The translations under genes were made by a program, and so were the position numbers. A DNA stretch of 64,000 nucleotides from Bacteroidota bacterium (GTDB lineage Bacteria; Bacteroidota; Bacteroidia; AKYH767-A; 2013-40CM-41-45): positions 9,759 to 73,758 of the forward strand of contig JANLPR010000117.1 in assembly GCA_031367345.1 (NCBI GenBank). The letters run 5' to 3'. A model generated the notes under the pieces. It was not told the DNA's origin. It saw only the letters and a program-made list of their open reading frames with translations, and ran no database searches. This document shows positions 27,823-38,220 of the stretch, one piece after another. Every line of letters starts with the position of its first letter. The stretch's first letter is position 1.

Positions 27823-29661
27823 CTATTTTCTTCTTCCGCCACCGCTATTGTTGTTCGATCCGCCTCTTGAAGGGGAAGGACTAGAGTATGATGGTGCGGA
27901 ACTTCTTGGTGGAGCAGAGTAAGTTGGCTCTGACCGTTGAGGAGTACTTTCTTGTTTAAATTGTTTTGGCTCATTCCTCGGTTGGAAAATTGGTGTGCGA
28001 TTTTCCTGGCGCGGCATTACTTGCTCCTGACGGGGTTGCTCAATACTTTCTTGTCTTTGTTGTTCTTGACGTGGTCTATTATTTTCAATTCGAGGTTCTT
28101 GTCTTGAATTGTTATTATCATAATTATTATTCCGTTGCTCTGAATTATTATTTGGTTGTGTAATTACCGGTGTACTATTATTTCTAGGATTAGAATTTAT
28201 TTCAGGTCGTGAATTATCGATATTATTTCTTGGTTCAACATTCGAGTTATTGTTTCTCGGAGTCGGAGTAAAATCTGGACGCGAATTATTATTTCTTGGC
28301 TCTGAATTATTATCTCTAGGAGCAGGAGTAAAACCTGGTCGCGAATTATTATTTCTTGGAGCCGGATTTGTTTCCGGTTGTTGACTTGGTCGAGTGTCAA
28401 TATTATTTTTACCGGGCTGCGTATTCATTTGTGGAGAAGTATTTTGATTTCTTCCATCATTTGATCTAGGTGATTTTGTTCCTGTTCCTGAATTTTGTTG
28501 TTGCATCTGATTGTTCGTTGGGTTCTGGATTAAACCACGATCATTCAAATTTTTACCACCAACACTATTGGGGTTGGAGTTAGTATTATCAATGTGATCA
28601 GGAACATTTCCTCTTGATGGTGAAGTATTCTGAAGGCCATTTACATTTTGCTGTGTACCATTATTTTTTCCATCCTGTGGACGGTCATTGCTAATAGTCC
28701 TTGGTGTATTTGGAGAAGTAAGGTTAGGTGATGTTAAATTTCTGCCACCACCTAAAGAAGCAGGGATACTCGATTTTGGAGTACGACCTTCTGCAATTGC
28801 TTGCTCGTACTTTTGTCCTAAAGTACCTGTAGATGTTCTACCGCTTCCACCTCGTGGTGCATTATCACCGACCGATCCTCGTGGGCCATAGTAATGACTG
28901 TTGTTGTCGTATGAATTGTAGTAGTAAGGGTTTGAATTTCCGGCATAGTAACCATCATTGTAGCCATGGTTATATCCATTATAATATCCACCACCATAAT
29001 AACCGCCACCGTAGTATCCACCACCGTAGTATCCGGGAGAATAACCCCAATAAGAATGTGGGTAATAACCGTAACCATATCCAAAACTTCCATAACAGAA
29101 AGGTTGGTAGTAATAATAGGAAGGTGCCCACCAGTTGTAGCCTAAGTAAATGCTTACACCATACGATGCAGGTGAGTAATCATACCAATAGCTATTAGTG
29201 TAATATGGGTCGTAGTAGCTATATCCAATAGCAGGTGAATAAAAACGGCGGATTCTAGAAGAGTATTGATAATCGTAATAATCGTCGTAATAATTATTCG
29301 TTACATACGTATTTCCGGAACCATCTGAATATTTTGAAGAGGAAGAATTTCCGGTCGATTGATTGTTGTCAGAACTGCTATTTTGATATTGATCAGTAGT
29401 TCCTTGATTTTGATTTGAACTATATTGCGATTGATCAGAATTTTGATTGGTAGAATTGGTCTGATCGTAATTATTATTTCCTGAACTATATTCCTGAGCC
29501 GATGCGGCAGGTGTAGTAGTGGAGGTTTGTTGTTTAGGGGAATTGTCCTTACTTGAATAGTAAACATCGTCTGATGGCGAAGATCCTGCATGGTATGTTG
29601 ATGTACACGCAGATAGCGAAAAAATAAATGCAATTCCGAGGACTGTTCTTAGGTTTTTCAT
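27823..29661 (-). CDS. Low-complexity (N/Q/S/Y/G/R/P-rich) lipoprotein
   Basis: Lipobox LSAC, DDVYY, YSSRIRRF, a Tyr/Gly-rich block (GGYYGGGYY), PRNNNSRP repeats and an SSPSPSRGG...GGGRRK tail. Confidence 0.85.
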   Translation of the reverse strand: MKNLRTVLGIAFIFSLSACTSTYHAGSSPSDDVYYSSKDNSPKQQTSTTTPAASAQEYSSGNNNYDQTNSTNQNSDQSQYSSNQNQGTTDQYQNSSSDNNQSTGNSSSSKYSDGSGNTYVTNNYYDDYYDYQYSSRIRRFYSPAIGYSYYDPYYTNSYWYDYSPASYGVSIYLGYNWWAPSYYYYQPFCYGSFGYGYGYYPHSYWGYSPGYYGGGYYGGGYYGGGYYNGYNHGYNDGYYAGNSNPYYYNSYDNNSHYYGPRGSVGDNAPRGGSGRTSTGTLGQKYEQAIAEGRTPKSSIPASLGGGRNLTSPNLTSPNTPRTISNDRPQDGKNNGTQQNVNGLQNTSPSRGNVPDHIDNTNSNPNSVGGKNLNDRGLIQNPTNNQMQQQNSGTGTKSPRSNDGRNQNTSPQMNTQPGKNNIDTRPSQQPETNPAPRNNNSRPGFTPAPRDNNSEPRNNNSRPDFTPTPRNNNSNVEPRNNIDNSRPEINSNPRNNSTPVITQPNNNSEQRNNNYDNNNSRQEPRIENNRPRQEQQRQESIEQPRQEQVMPRQENRTPIFQPRNEPKQFKQESTPQRSEPTYSAPPRSSAPSYSSPSPSRGGSNNNSGGGRRK

Positions 29662-29772
29662 TGGATGTTCCCTTTCAATCTTTTGAGTAATATTTCTGTA
29701 GTAATTTTAACGTCCTATTATAATTATTACTTTTGTTACTGACGATTTACAAACACCGTACCAAAACATAAT

Positions 29773-31242
29773 ATGAGTAAAGAACTTCCTTCACGAGCCG
29801 AGAATTATTCTCAATGGTATCAAGATCTTGTTGTTAAAGCTGATTTAGCAGAAAATTCTGCCGTTCGCGGCTGTATGGTGATTAAACCTTATGGTTATGC
29901 GATTTGGGAAAAAATGCAGGCAATTCTAGATGCAAAATTCAAAGAAACCGGTCATTCAAATGCATACTTCCCGCTCTTTATTCCTAAATCATTTTTTGCT
30001 AAGGAAGCTTCGCATGTTGAAGGCTTTGCCAAAGAATGTGCCGTTGTAACACATTATAGATTAAAAAATGATGGTAAAGGTGGAATTATGGTTGATCCGG
30101 ATGCAAAATTGGAGGAAGAGTTAATTGTCCGCCCTACTTCCGAAACAATCATTTGGCATACGTATCGTGGTTGGATAGAATCGTACCGCGATCTTCCAAT
30201 CCTTGTCAATCAATGGGCGAACGTAGTGCGTTGGGAAATGCGAACGCGTTTGTTTTTACGTACTGCCGAATTCCTTTGGCAAGAAGGACATACAGCTCAT
30301 GCTACTGCTGAAGAAGCGGTAGAAGAAACAAAAAAAATGCTAGACGTATATGCAGAATTTGCTGAAAAGACTTTAGCCATTCCGGTTATTAAAGGTCTCA
30401 AAACAGCGAACGAACGTTTTGCCGGAGCACTAGATACCTATTGTATCGAAGCAATGATGCAAGATGGTAAAGCATTGCAAGCAGGTACATCACATTTCCT
30501 CGGTCAAAATTTTGCTAAAGCTTTTGATGTAAAGTTTATGAGTAAAGAAGGGAAACAAGAATTTGTTTGGGCCACATCGTGGGGTGTTTCAACTCGATTA
30601 ATGGGAGCACTGGTAATGGCCCATAGCGATGATGATGGTTTGGTCTTGCCTCCAAAATTAGCACCGATTCAGGTTGTAATAGTTCCGATTTATAAAGGAG
30701 ATGAACAGTTGCAAAAAATTACTGAAGTTGTAAATAAACTTATTATTGAACTGAAAGCTAAAAATATTTCAGTTAAATTTGATAGTCGCGATACTCACAA
30801 ACCCGGATGGAAGTTTGCAGAATATGAACTAAAAGGTGTTCCAATTCGGATTGCCATAGGTCCTCGTGATTTAGAAAACGGTACTGTTGAAGTAGCCCGG
30901 CGCGACACAAAAGAAAAGTCTGTTATGCAGTTAACAGATCTATCTATTAAGATAGAACATTTGCTCGAGCAGATCCAAGATAATATTTATCGTAGAGCAT
31001 CCGATTTTCGTGATAACCATACGTACAAAGTGGATACTTACGATGAGTTCAAATCAAGACTCGATCAAGGTGGTTTTGTTCTTGCTCATTGGGATGGAAC
31101 ATCAGAAACAGAGAACAAAATCAAAGAAGAAACAAAGGCAACAATCCGTTGTATTCCTTTAGATCAAACAAAGGAAAATGGAAAATGCATTTACAGCGGT
31201 AACTCATCAACTGGGAGAGTCGTTTTTGCCCGAGCATATTAG
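29773..31242 (+). CDS. proS: Proline--tRNA ligase (archaeal/eukaryote-like type)
   Basis: [39 protein letters not shown]-terminal ARAY. Confidence 0.97.
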   Translation: MSKELPSRAENYSQWYQDLVVKADLAENSAVRGCMVIKPYGYAIWEKMQAILDAKFKETGHSNAYFPLFIPKSFFAKEASHVEGFAKECAVVTHYRLKNDGKGGIMVDPDAKLEEELIVRPTSETIIWHTYRGWIESYRDLPILVNQWANVVRWEMRTRLFLRTAEFLWQEGHTAHATAEEAVEETKKMLDVYAEFAEKTLAIPVIKGLKTANERFAGALDTYCIEAMMQDGKALQAGTSHFLGQNFAKAFDVKFMSKEGKQEFVWATSWGVSTRLMGALVMAHSDDDGLVLPPKLAPIQVVIVPIYKGDEQLQKITEVVNKLIIELKAKNISVKFDSRDTHKPGWKFAEYELKGVPIRIAIGPRDLENGTVEVARRDTKEKSVMQLTDLSIKIEHLLEQIQDNIYRRASDFRDNHTYKVDTYDEFKSRLDQGGFVLAHWDGTSETENKIKEETKATIRCIPLDQTKENGKCIYSGNSSTGRVVFARAY

Positions 31243-31248
31243 ATCTAA

Positions 31249-31935
31249 ATGTCAAATACAAGCAAAGAAAGTATCATAGACGTGTTGCGGCAGAAAGTAA
31301 TTCTGAAGCAGCAAGTCTATGAAAAAACAAAAAATGTTTTTAATTCTTTGCGTGGACTGCTGAGCCAGTTAAGTTCCGAACTAGCATTGAAAGTAAAGGA
31401 TTTTTCAGGTGAAATGGTAATTGCTTACAAAGACAATGGCGAATTCGAAACAGAGTTTATTATTGGCGATGAAACATTATTATTTGTAATACATTCAAAT
31501 ATTTTCACATTCGATTCCACACATTCGGTTTGGAAGTCGTCGTATGTACAAGAGGATAAAGACCGGGCATACTGCGGAAAAATATTTATTTATAATTTTC
31601 TAAGCGATAGTTTTAAATACAATCGGATCAACGATCTTGGCTATTTGATCGGGAGAATATTTGTTAATAAAGACAATCATTTTTTTGTTGAGGGGATGAA
31701 ACAGATTGGGAATCTTTACAATGATTTTTCAACCTTGGAAGTTACAGACAAAGCGCTTTATGAAATTATTGAAGCCGCTGTACTTTACAGCATGGAGTTC
31801 GATCCATTTACTCCGCCATTCGAGCAACAAGGTGAAATAAGAGTTGGGGAAGTAATTGATGCTTCATTGCAATCAAGAATTACCACAGGGAAAAGGCTTG
31901 GATTTAAATTTAAGACGGAAGGTAATATTACTTGA
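31249..31935 (+). CDS. Hypothetical protein, likely co-transcribed with proS
   Basis: 228-aa ORF starting 6 nt after the proS stop; no recognised motif. Confidence 0.75.
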   Translation: MSNTSKESIIDVLRQKVILKQQVYEKTKNVFNSLRGLLSQLSSELALKVKDFSGEMVIAYKDNGEFETEFIIGDETLLFVIHSNIFTFDSTHSVWKSSYVQEDKDRAYCGKIFIYNFLSDSFKYNRINDLGYLIGRIFVNKDNHFFVEGMKQIGNLYNDFSTLEVTDKALYEIIEAAVLYSMEFDPFTPPFEQQGEIRVGEVIDASLQSRITTGKRLGFKFKTEGNIT

Positions 31936-31999
31936 TCTTTAATAAAATAAATCGTATTAATTTCGGCAATTTATTGTGATAGAAAATCTGAAGCTATTA

Positions 32000-32830
32000 T
32001 TATTCCGATTCGATCAACGATATTTCATAATCACCTAAGAGTATCAATCGGTCTCTGTAAAGACCACCAATTGTTTTCTTAAAATTTTTCTTACTCATTT
32101 TCAATTCTGAATAAATTGCTTCGGCCGGACTTTTATCGCCTAACGAAATTTTTCCATTATTCGTTTTCAAATAATGCAGAATAAGAAATTTGCTATCTTC
32201 TACTTGTTCGTATCCTTTTGGTTGAAGACGCAAATCTATTTTTCCGTCTTCGCGAATGGCTTTTATATATCCTCTTCGCTTGTCACCAAATTTAAGCTCA
32301 CCAAAAATCTCATTGGCAAATATTAATCCTTCATTCGAATTATTAATAATTGCACGCATTCCTAATTCTGTTTTTTCTGCTATTAATAATTGCACTTCAT
32401 CATCTTCTTGAAGTGTATGTTCTTTAGAAATGTGTTTGTGCCACTTGGTTGTTCCGGCAATTCGTTGAGAATGGTCGTCAATAAAAACATAAACGAGATA
32501 ATTGCCACCAACTCTCATATCCATACGTTGTTCAGCAAAGGGAACGAAAAGATCTTTCGCTATTCCCCAATCTAAAAAAGCACCATGTTCATTCACTTCT
32601 TTAACCAGCATAAAGGCAAAATCGCCAACTACAGCATTTGGAGTAAGCGTAGTAGCAATTGGACGATTGTCATTATCCAAATAAATAAAAACGCGCAAAT
32701 GGTCACCTACCTCCGGCATTTCATCGATGTATTTTTTAGGTAGTAGAACATCGTCCTGACCATCTGTTAAATACACTCCAATCATTGCTTTTGACTTTAC
32801 CTCTAATTCATTGTACTGACCAATTTCCAT
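32000..32830 (-). CDS. cvfB: CvfB/YitL-family S1 RNA-binding protein
   Basis: MEIGQYNEL start, GAFLDWG..KDLFVP, DGKIDL, wHTH end (SKKNFKKTIGGLY). Confidence 0.88.
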   Translation of the reverse strand: MEIGQYNELEVKSKAMIGVYLTDGQDDVLLPKKYIDEMPEVGDHLRVFIYLDNDNRPIATTLTPNAVVGDFAFMLVKEVNEHGAFLDWGIAKDLFVPFAEQRMDMRVGGNYLVYVFIDDHSQRIAGTTKWHKHISKEHTLQEDDEVQLLIAEKTELGMRAIINNSNEGLIFANEIFGELKFGDKRRGYIKAIREDGKIDLRLQPKGYEQVEDSKFLILHYLKTNNGKISLGDKSPAEAIYSELKMSKKNFKKTIGGLYRDRLILLGDYEISLIESE

Positions 32831-33218
32831 TCTTGTTTTATTTAGCTGCAAAGGTACGAAAGTGCAGGTGTTTATTGGCATGATCAGGGCTAATTCCGGT
32901 GCTATAATCCAAATAAATGGGAGTTTTTAGAATTATTCAGGATTTATCATAAGTTGAATCAGCCTTTTTCGTCGATTATCGTTTGAGATCTTGAGCCGTT
33001 GACTAGAATTATGGCAGAGGAGGAATCATAGTTTGACAAAAATGGAAAGTGGTTATTGCGGAAAAGTGAAATTAGTAGCCAAATTTGAAAGGCGAAGCTT
33101 AAAATGGGAGGGATTTCAATCAATATTTTTCAATGAGAATTTCAAGATACATTGGTTTCAAATCACATTTACCGCAGTGGTTTTTGTACCTTCGCCGCCA
33201 TTAAAAGATGCTGATTAT

Positions 33219-34823
33219 ATGGATTTAGAAAAGGAAATAGCAAAGAGAAGAACATTTGCCATTATTTCTCACCCCGATGCCGGGAAAACGACTTTAACCG
33301 AGAAGTTTCTTCTTTTTGGTGGGGCCATCAATACGGCAGGTGCGGTGAAGAGCAATAAGATTAGAAAGTCTGCCACATCTGATTTTATGGAGATAGAGAA
33401 ACAGAGAGGAATTTCTGTAGCCACTTCCGTAATGGGTTTTGATTATGCCGGAAAACGAGTAAATATTTTAGATACTCCCGGTCACAAAGACTTTGCTGAA
33501 GATACTTACAGAACTTTAACTGCTGTTGACTCTGTTATTCTTGTAGTAGATTGTATAAAAGGAGTAGAAGAGCAAACAGAAAAATTAATGGCTGTTTGTA
33601 GAATGAGAAGTACGCCTGTAATAATTTTTATAAATAAAATGGATAGAGAAGGGAAAGACCCTTTCGACCTACTTGATGAACTGCAAGACAAATTAAAAAT
33701 TCATGTTCGCCCGTTGACATGGCCTATAAGTCAGGGTGAATCGTTTCAAGGTGTTTATAATATGTATCACCAGGAATTAAATTTATTTGAGGCTAACAAG
33801 ACAGGAATTTCAGAAAATAAGGCAAAGATAGTTGAGTTAGACGACCCTTCGCTTGCTAAGTTTATTGGAGATAAATTTGCCAATAAATTGCGCGAAGATA
33901 TTGATTTGGTCGAAGGCGTATTTGAGCCATTCAGTAAAGAACTTTATAGAGATGGATTAATTGCCCCCGTATTCTTTGGAAGTGCTGTTAATAATTTTGG
34001 AGTTTTAGAATTGCTGAAAACATTTTTGGAAATAGCACCCGAGCCGGCATCACGAGAAGCAGAGGAACGTGAAGTCGTAGCTACAGAAAATAAGTTTAGT
34101 GGATTTGTATTTAAGATCCACGCCAATCTTGATCCAAATCACCGTGACCGAATTGCTTTTCTTAGAATATGTTCCGGCAGATTTGAACGAAACAAATTTT
34201 ATTTTCATACGCGCATCGATAAGAAAGTTCGATTTACGAATCCGACATCTTTTATGGCCAATGAAAAAACATTAATTGAAGAAGCATATCCAGGTGATGT
34301 AATTGGATTGTACGACAATGGAATTTTTAAGATTGGTGATACTTTAACAGAAGGAGAAATGCTCCACTACAAGGGCATCCCTAGTTTTTCGCCTGAAATA
34401 TTTAAAGAAGTGGAAAACCGAGATCCATTTAAGGCGAAACAATTAGAGAAAGGTATTCAACAATTAACTGAAGAAGGAGTTGCTCAGTTATTTACTCAGC
34501 AGCCTGGAAACAGAAAATTAGTAGGTACGGTTGGTGAGCTTCAATTTGATGTAATCAAGTTTCGATTGGAACATGAGTATGGAGCAAAATGTGATTTCCG
34601 TCCATTAAGTTTTACAAAAGCTTATTGGATAACCGGCGATAGCGATGTGCAACTCGACCAGTTTATTAGTAATCGGAATAGTCAAATTGCTTATGACAAA
34701 GAAGGTAACCCTGTTTATTTGTCGGAAAGCGAGTGGATGCTAAAGATGATAAAAACAAGTTTTCCGGCAATTCATTTTCACACTACATCTGAATTTAAAA
34801 ATGCTAAAACAGAAGTATTATAA
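33219..34823 (+). CDS. prfC: Peptide chain release factor 3
   Basis: [47 protein letters not shown]. Start at ATG 33219. Confidence 0.97.
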   Translation: MDLEKEIAKRRTFAIISHPDAGKTTLTEKFLLFGGAINTAGAVKSNKIRKSATSDFMEIEKQRGISVATSVMGFDYAGKRVNILDTPGHKDFAEDTYRTLTAVDSVILVVDCIKGVEEQTEKLMAVCRMRSTPVIIFINKMDREGKDPFDLLDELQDKLKIHVRPLTWPISQGESFQGVYNMYHQELNLFEANKTGISENKAKIVELDDPSLAKFIGDKFANKLREDIDLVEGVFEPFSKELYRDGLIAPVFFGSAVNNFGVLELLKTFLEIAPEPASREAEEREVVATENKFSGFVFKIHANLDPNHRDRIAFLRICSGRFERNKFYFHTRIDKKVRFTNPTSFMANEKTLIEEAYPGDVIGLYDNGIFKIGDTLTEGEMLHYKGIPSFSPEIFKEVENRDPFKAKQLEKGIQQLTEEGVAQLFTQQPGNRKLVGTVGELQFDVIKFRLEHEYGAKCDFRPLSFTKAYWITGDSDVQLDQFISNRNSQIAYDKEGNPVYLSESEWMLKMIKTSFPAIHFHTTSEFKNAKTEVL

Positions 34824-34853
34824 TTTCGATTTGAATTTTATTAAACTGATTAA

Positions 34854-35306
34854 GTGGCTATGAAATTTCGTGAAGCATTGCTCACAGACATCGAACAGAT
34901 TTTCATAGTGCGATTTGCGGTGAAAGAAAATCGTTTATCCGATCTGAGTAAAGTGACTGTTAAAGATTGCGAGTTGTATTTGAAAGAGAGAGGAAAAGGT
35001 TGGGTTTGTGAGATTGACGATTTGATCGTAGGGTTTTCCATAATTGATTTAGTCGATAATAATGTGTGGGCATTGTTTATTCTTCCAGAATACGAAAATA
35101 AAGGGATAGGAAAGAAGCTGCATTTTTTAATGTTAGAGTGGTATTTTGCAATGACTGATAATCCTGTTTGGTTAGGAACAGATCCAGGTACACGAGCGGA
35201 GGTGTTTTATCAATTGCAAGGTTGGCGTGCAATAGGTTTGCATGGTAACCGTGAAATAAAATTTGAAATGACAAAGAATGAATGGTTGCGAACTAGAAAA
35301 TCGTAA
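34854..35306 (+). CDS. GNAT-family N-acetyltransferase
   Basis: ALFILPEYENKGIGKKL motif A; AEVFYQLQGW. Confidence 0.9.
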   Translation: MAMKFREALLTDIEQIFIVRFAVKENRLSDLSKVTVKDCELYLKERGKGWVCEIDDLIVGFSIIDLVDNNVWALFILPEYENKGIGKKLHFLMLEWYFAMTDNPVWLGTDPGTRAEVFYQLQGWRAIGLHGNREIKFEMTKNEWLRTRKS

Positions 35307-35360
35307 TTGAAATAACGATTGAACATATTACAATTCGTATTTTTTTTTTAAACAAACAGT

Positions 35361-36386
35361 ATGCAGAATAAACAATTTGAATTAATCAACGAGCAGTTTT
35401 CTCCACTCTTTAGGATCATGAGTGTTCACGATCCTAAAGATCCGAAAAGAAGAAAATTCGAAAATAACATTTGTGCATTTCATATTGGTAATGGCTTTGT
35501 TCTTTCAGTGGCGCATAATCTACGTACGATGGCACCACTTTTTAAATCGATCGACAATGCGATTTTTATGAAAGAGGTTTATCCACGTTTAAATCCTGCA
35601 CAGGTTCAGATGTTTGATAATTGTTATCCATTAGATGAACTTACAAACAAAAGACACGAGCGATTTACAAATCAGAATGATGTTACGATAATAAGAGAAA
35701 TATTGAAGCAAATCAATTACGATTTAAGATGGATTACACTGATGGAAAAAGAGATTGTAAAAACTCAATTATTGGTTCAATTTAGTTTTCCGAGTTTCTA
35801 CATGAATGAGAATTTGACAAATTATTTCAATGAAAGTAACTCGTTTTATGAGGAGATAATTAATAAGCATACTTTTTTGTTGGATGTAGAATTAGTAGAA
35901 GCTTTTTACGCAGATGACATGGCGTTGTATAAAATTGTAAACACTCCGCCAGAGGTTATTGCATGCATACCTTTTCTTGAGCCTGATTTTTCTGTGTTTA
36001 CCGATGATAAAAAAGATTTCTATTGTTTACAAAGTTCAACCACCAATGAAATAGGCCGAATGGTAAGCAAAGCACAAATAGAAGGTTATATAGATCACTT
36101 TAATATGTTCAACGATCCGATAGGAGGTAATTATCGGATAGAGGGATTTAGATATCTGATTAAAGGATATTTTCGATTTGGTTCTTCAGGTGCTCCCTAT
36201 GTATTTTATGACAGGACTTCGGGAAAGTTTAAAGCAAATGGTGTGCAGAGTGAAGCCTGTCCGATCCAACTTTCCATTGAAAATAAGCGTGAGGGCAATT
36301 ATCAATATGTAAATGCCATTGCATCGCCATTGAGCATTATAGAAGAAAGAGTAATGAATCACATACAGTCAATGGCGGTTGTTTGA
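35361..36386 (+). CDS. Trypsin-like serine protease domain protein without signal peptide
   Basis: Ordered triad-like motifs LSVAHN (His), DMALYK (Asp), FGSSGAPY (Ser). Confidence 0.65.
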   Translation: MQNKQFELINEQFSPLFRIMSVHDPKDPKRRKFENNICAFHIGNGFVLSVAHNLRTMAPLFKSIDNAIFMKEVYPRLNPAQVQMFDNCYPLDELTNKRHERFTNQNDVTIIREILKQINYDLRWITLMEKEIVKTQLLVQFSFPSFYMNENLTNYFNESNSFYEEIINKHTFLLDVELVEAFYADDMALYKIVNTPPEVIACIPFLEPDFSVFTDDKKDFYCLQSSTTNEIGRMVSKAQIEGYIDHFNMFNDPIGGNYRIEGFRYLIKGYFRFGSSGAPYVFYDRTSGKFKANGVQSEACPIQLSIENKREGNYQYVNAIASPLSIIEERVMNHIQSMAVV

Positions 36387-36516
36387 GTTTAATAGCTGAA
36401 AATGAGCGTAGAACGTGAGTGAGATAGGCGATAGATAGACCATAGTACTTGGTTGTTAATTTAGGTCTTTTTTTTAGCTTTGTGCCCCCAAACACAATCA
36501 ATCAAATCCTTCAATC

Positions 36517-37251
36517 TTGGATAATTATAATTGGGAACCAAAATCTGTTAGAACGAAAATGATACCGGAAGAAATAAATAAAATTATTGAGATTCCGGAA
36601 TGGGACACCTATTCCGCAGTTAAGAAAGAGGAAGCTAAATTCATTTATGATTTTATAGTCGAAAATAATTTAAAGAGTACACTCGAGATTGGCTTTGCTT
36701 TTGCTCGTTCTGCATCGCATATTATGTCTGCAACTCAAGCAAAACACATTGCATGCGATCCTTTTCAAAACAATTATGGTGATATGGGATTGAAGAATAT
36801 TGAGAAATTACATCTAAGTGAAAAATTGGATTTCAGACCTGACTTCTCTCATAATGTTTTGCCTGTGTTGCATAAGGAAAATAGAAAATTCGATTTTATT
36901 TTTATTGATGGCGATCATAAATTTGATGGAATACTAGTTGACTTTTACTATGCAGATCTTTTGTTAGAGGTGAATGGATACGTGCTTTTGCACGACACGT
37001 GGATGCGTAGTACTCGTTTGGTGGAGAAGTTTATTAAAAGTAATAAAACAAATTATAAGTATGTGTCTACTCCTTTAAGAAATTTTTCTTTATTCCAAAA
37101 AATGAAAGAAGATACGCGCGACGGAATGTTTTTTAAAGAGTTTTATACTTGGAAATCGATATTGCCACATTCAATGATTACTTGGATGACCAATGGCAAG
37201 ATGACTTTTACAAAAAAAGTATTTTTTAAGATAAAAGACCTGGTTAAATAA
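36517..37251 (+). CDS. Class I SAM-dependent methyltransferase (Methyltransf_24-like)
   Basis: TLEIGFAFARSA, FDFIFIDGDH, GYVLLHD. Confidence 0.85.
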   Translation: MDNYNWEPKSVRTKMIPEEINKIIEIPEWDTYSAVKKEEAKFIYDFIVENNLKSTLEIGFAFARSASHIMSATQAKHIACDPFQNNYGDMGLKNIEKLHLSEKLDFRPDFSHNVLPVLHKENRKFDFIFIDGDHKFDGILVDFYYADLLLEVNGYVLLHDTWMRSTRLVEKFIKSNKTNYKYVSTPLRNFSLFQKMKEDTRDGMFFKEFYTWKSILPHSMITWMTNGKMTFTKKVFFKIKDLVK

Positions 37252-37270
37252 TAGAATAAGACCTATACAG

Positions 37271-37300
37271 AAGAGCAATGAGAAATCGTTGCTCTTTTTT
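37271..37300 (+). terminator. Rho-independent terminator
   Basis: aagagcaatga-gaaa-tcgttgctctt followed by a T-run. Confidence 0.8.
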
Positions 37301-37644
37301 ATATGTATAAATTTTAAAATGTTATTTTCACAAAATATATTTTGAAAAACAACAACAATGAAAAGCGAGGAATAGCTATTTTATAAATAAAATGGGCATT
37401 TATTGTATTAAAAAAATAACAGGTTTGCTTTTTTTTATTTTTTTTAGACAATTGGCCATCTAAATAGTCAATGGATTTTGGCGAATGAATGTTGGAATCA
37501 GCTTCTGTTACGAACTGTATTTTTATTTTTTATCGTGTTTAGATAATATGTAAATGAGATTTTTTTTTGCGCGATAGAATGCTTTTTAGTCTAAAGTAAA
37601 TTCTTGCCAAATGAGTTCCGGATTTTTTGGGTTGATGAAAAAAG

Positions 37645-37688
37645 TGATATATGTCATCTAAATTGTTTTTCTGCTTTGAGTATTGTCA
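37645..37688. promoter_or_regulatory. Paired Crp/Fnr-like boxes upstream of the cytochrome-porin operon
   Basis: TGATATATGTCA (37645-37656) and TGAGTATTGTCA (37677-37688). Confidence 0.5.
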
Positions 37689-37781
37689 TAACCAACAAGG
37701 TGAAACAGGATTACATTTAAGCAATGAATTATCGTTCTTAACAATCAGTCTAAAGATTGTAATTATTCAAATCTATTTATT

Positions 37782-38219
37782 ATGAAAAATTTAAAAAGAG
37801 AAAATGATTATTTTTTTGGAATTGTGTTTTTTTCTTTTATTATTTTTATTAGTTCGACTCTAAAAACAGTCGCAGGCGATTGGCTTGCACCGGCTTCCTC
37901 TAGTAGTTTAATTAATCCACTTAAAAATGATGTAGGTGCAATAGCAGAAGGGAAAAAAACATACGTCCATCTTTGCGTTGTTTGTCATGGTGATAAAGGA
38001 AGAGGCGATGGATTGGCAGGAATGGCATTAACCCCTCGTCCGGCGAATTTCACAATATCTAAAGTGCAATCGCAAATTGATGGAGCGCTATATTGGAAAA
38101 TTACAAATGGAAGACCACCTATGGCTGCATATCAGCAATCGTTGTCTGAGACCCAAAGATGGCAATTGGTCAATTATATCAGAACTTTTGGAATTCTAAA
38201 TAAACCTAAAAAAAAATAG
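37782..38219 (+). CDS. Exported monoheme cytochrome c
   Basis: Signal/TM segment, CVVCH heme motif, distal Met in RPPMAAY. Confidence 0.9.
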   Translation: MKNLKRENDYFFGIVFFSFIIFISSTLKTVAGDWLAPASSSSLINPLKNDVGAIAEGKKTYVHLCVVCHGDKGRGDGLAGMALTPRPANFTISKVQSQIDGALYWKITNGRPPMAAYQQSLSETQRWQLVNYIRTFGILNKPKKK

Positions 38220-38220
38220 T

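Noticed and set aside
28688-29633. Several 60-120 aa overlapping ORFs, including His-rich ones
   Set aside because: They are shadow frames of the low-complexity lipoprotein gene.
29773-31242. Eukaryote/archaea-like ProRS as a sign of horizontal transfer
   Set aside because: This ProRS type is normal for Bacteroidota.
33033-33218. 62-aa N-terminal extension of RF3 in the ORF track
   Set aside because: The conserved RF3 sequence starts at ATG 33219, and a promoter-like TACCTTCG lies at about 33187.
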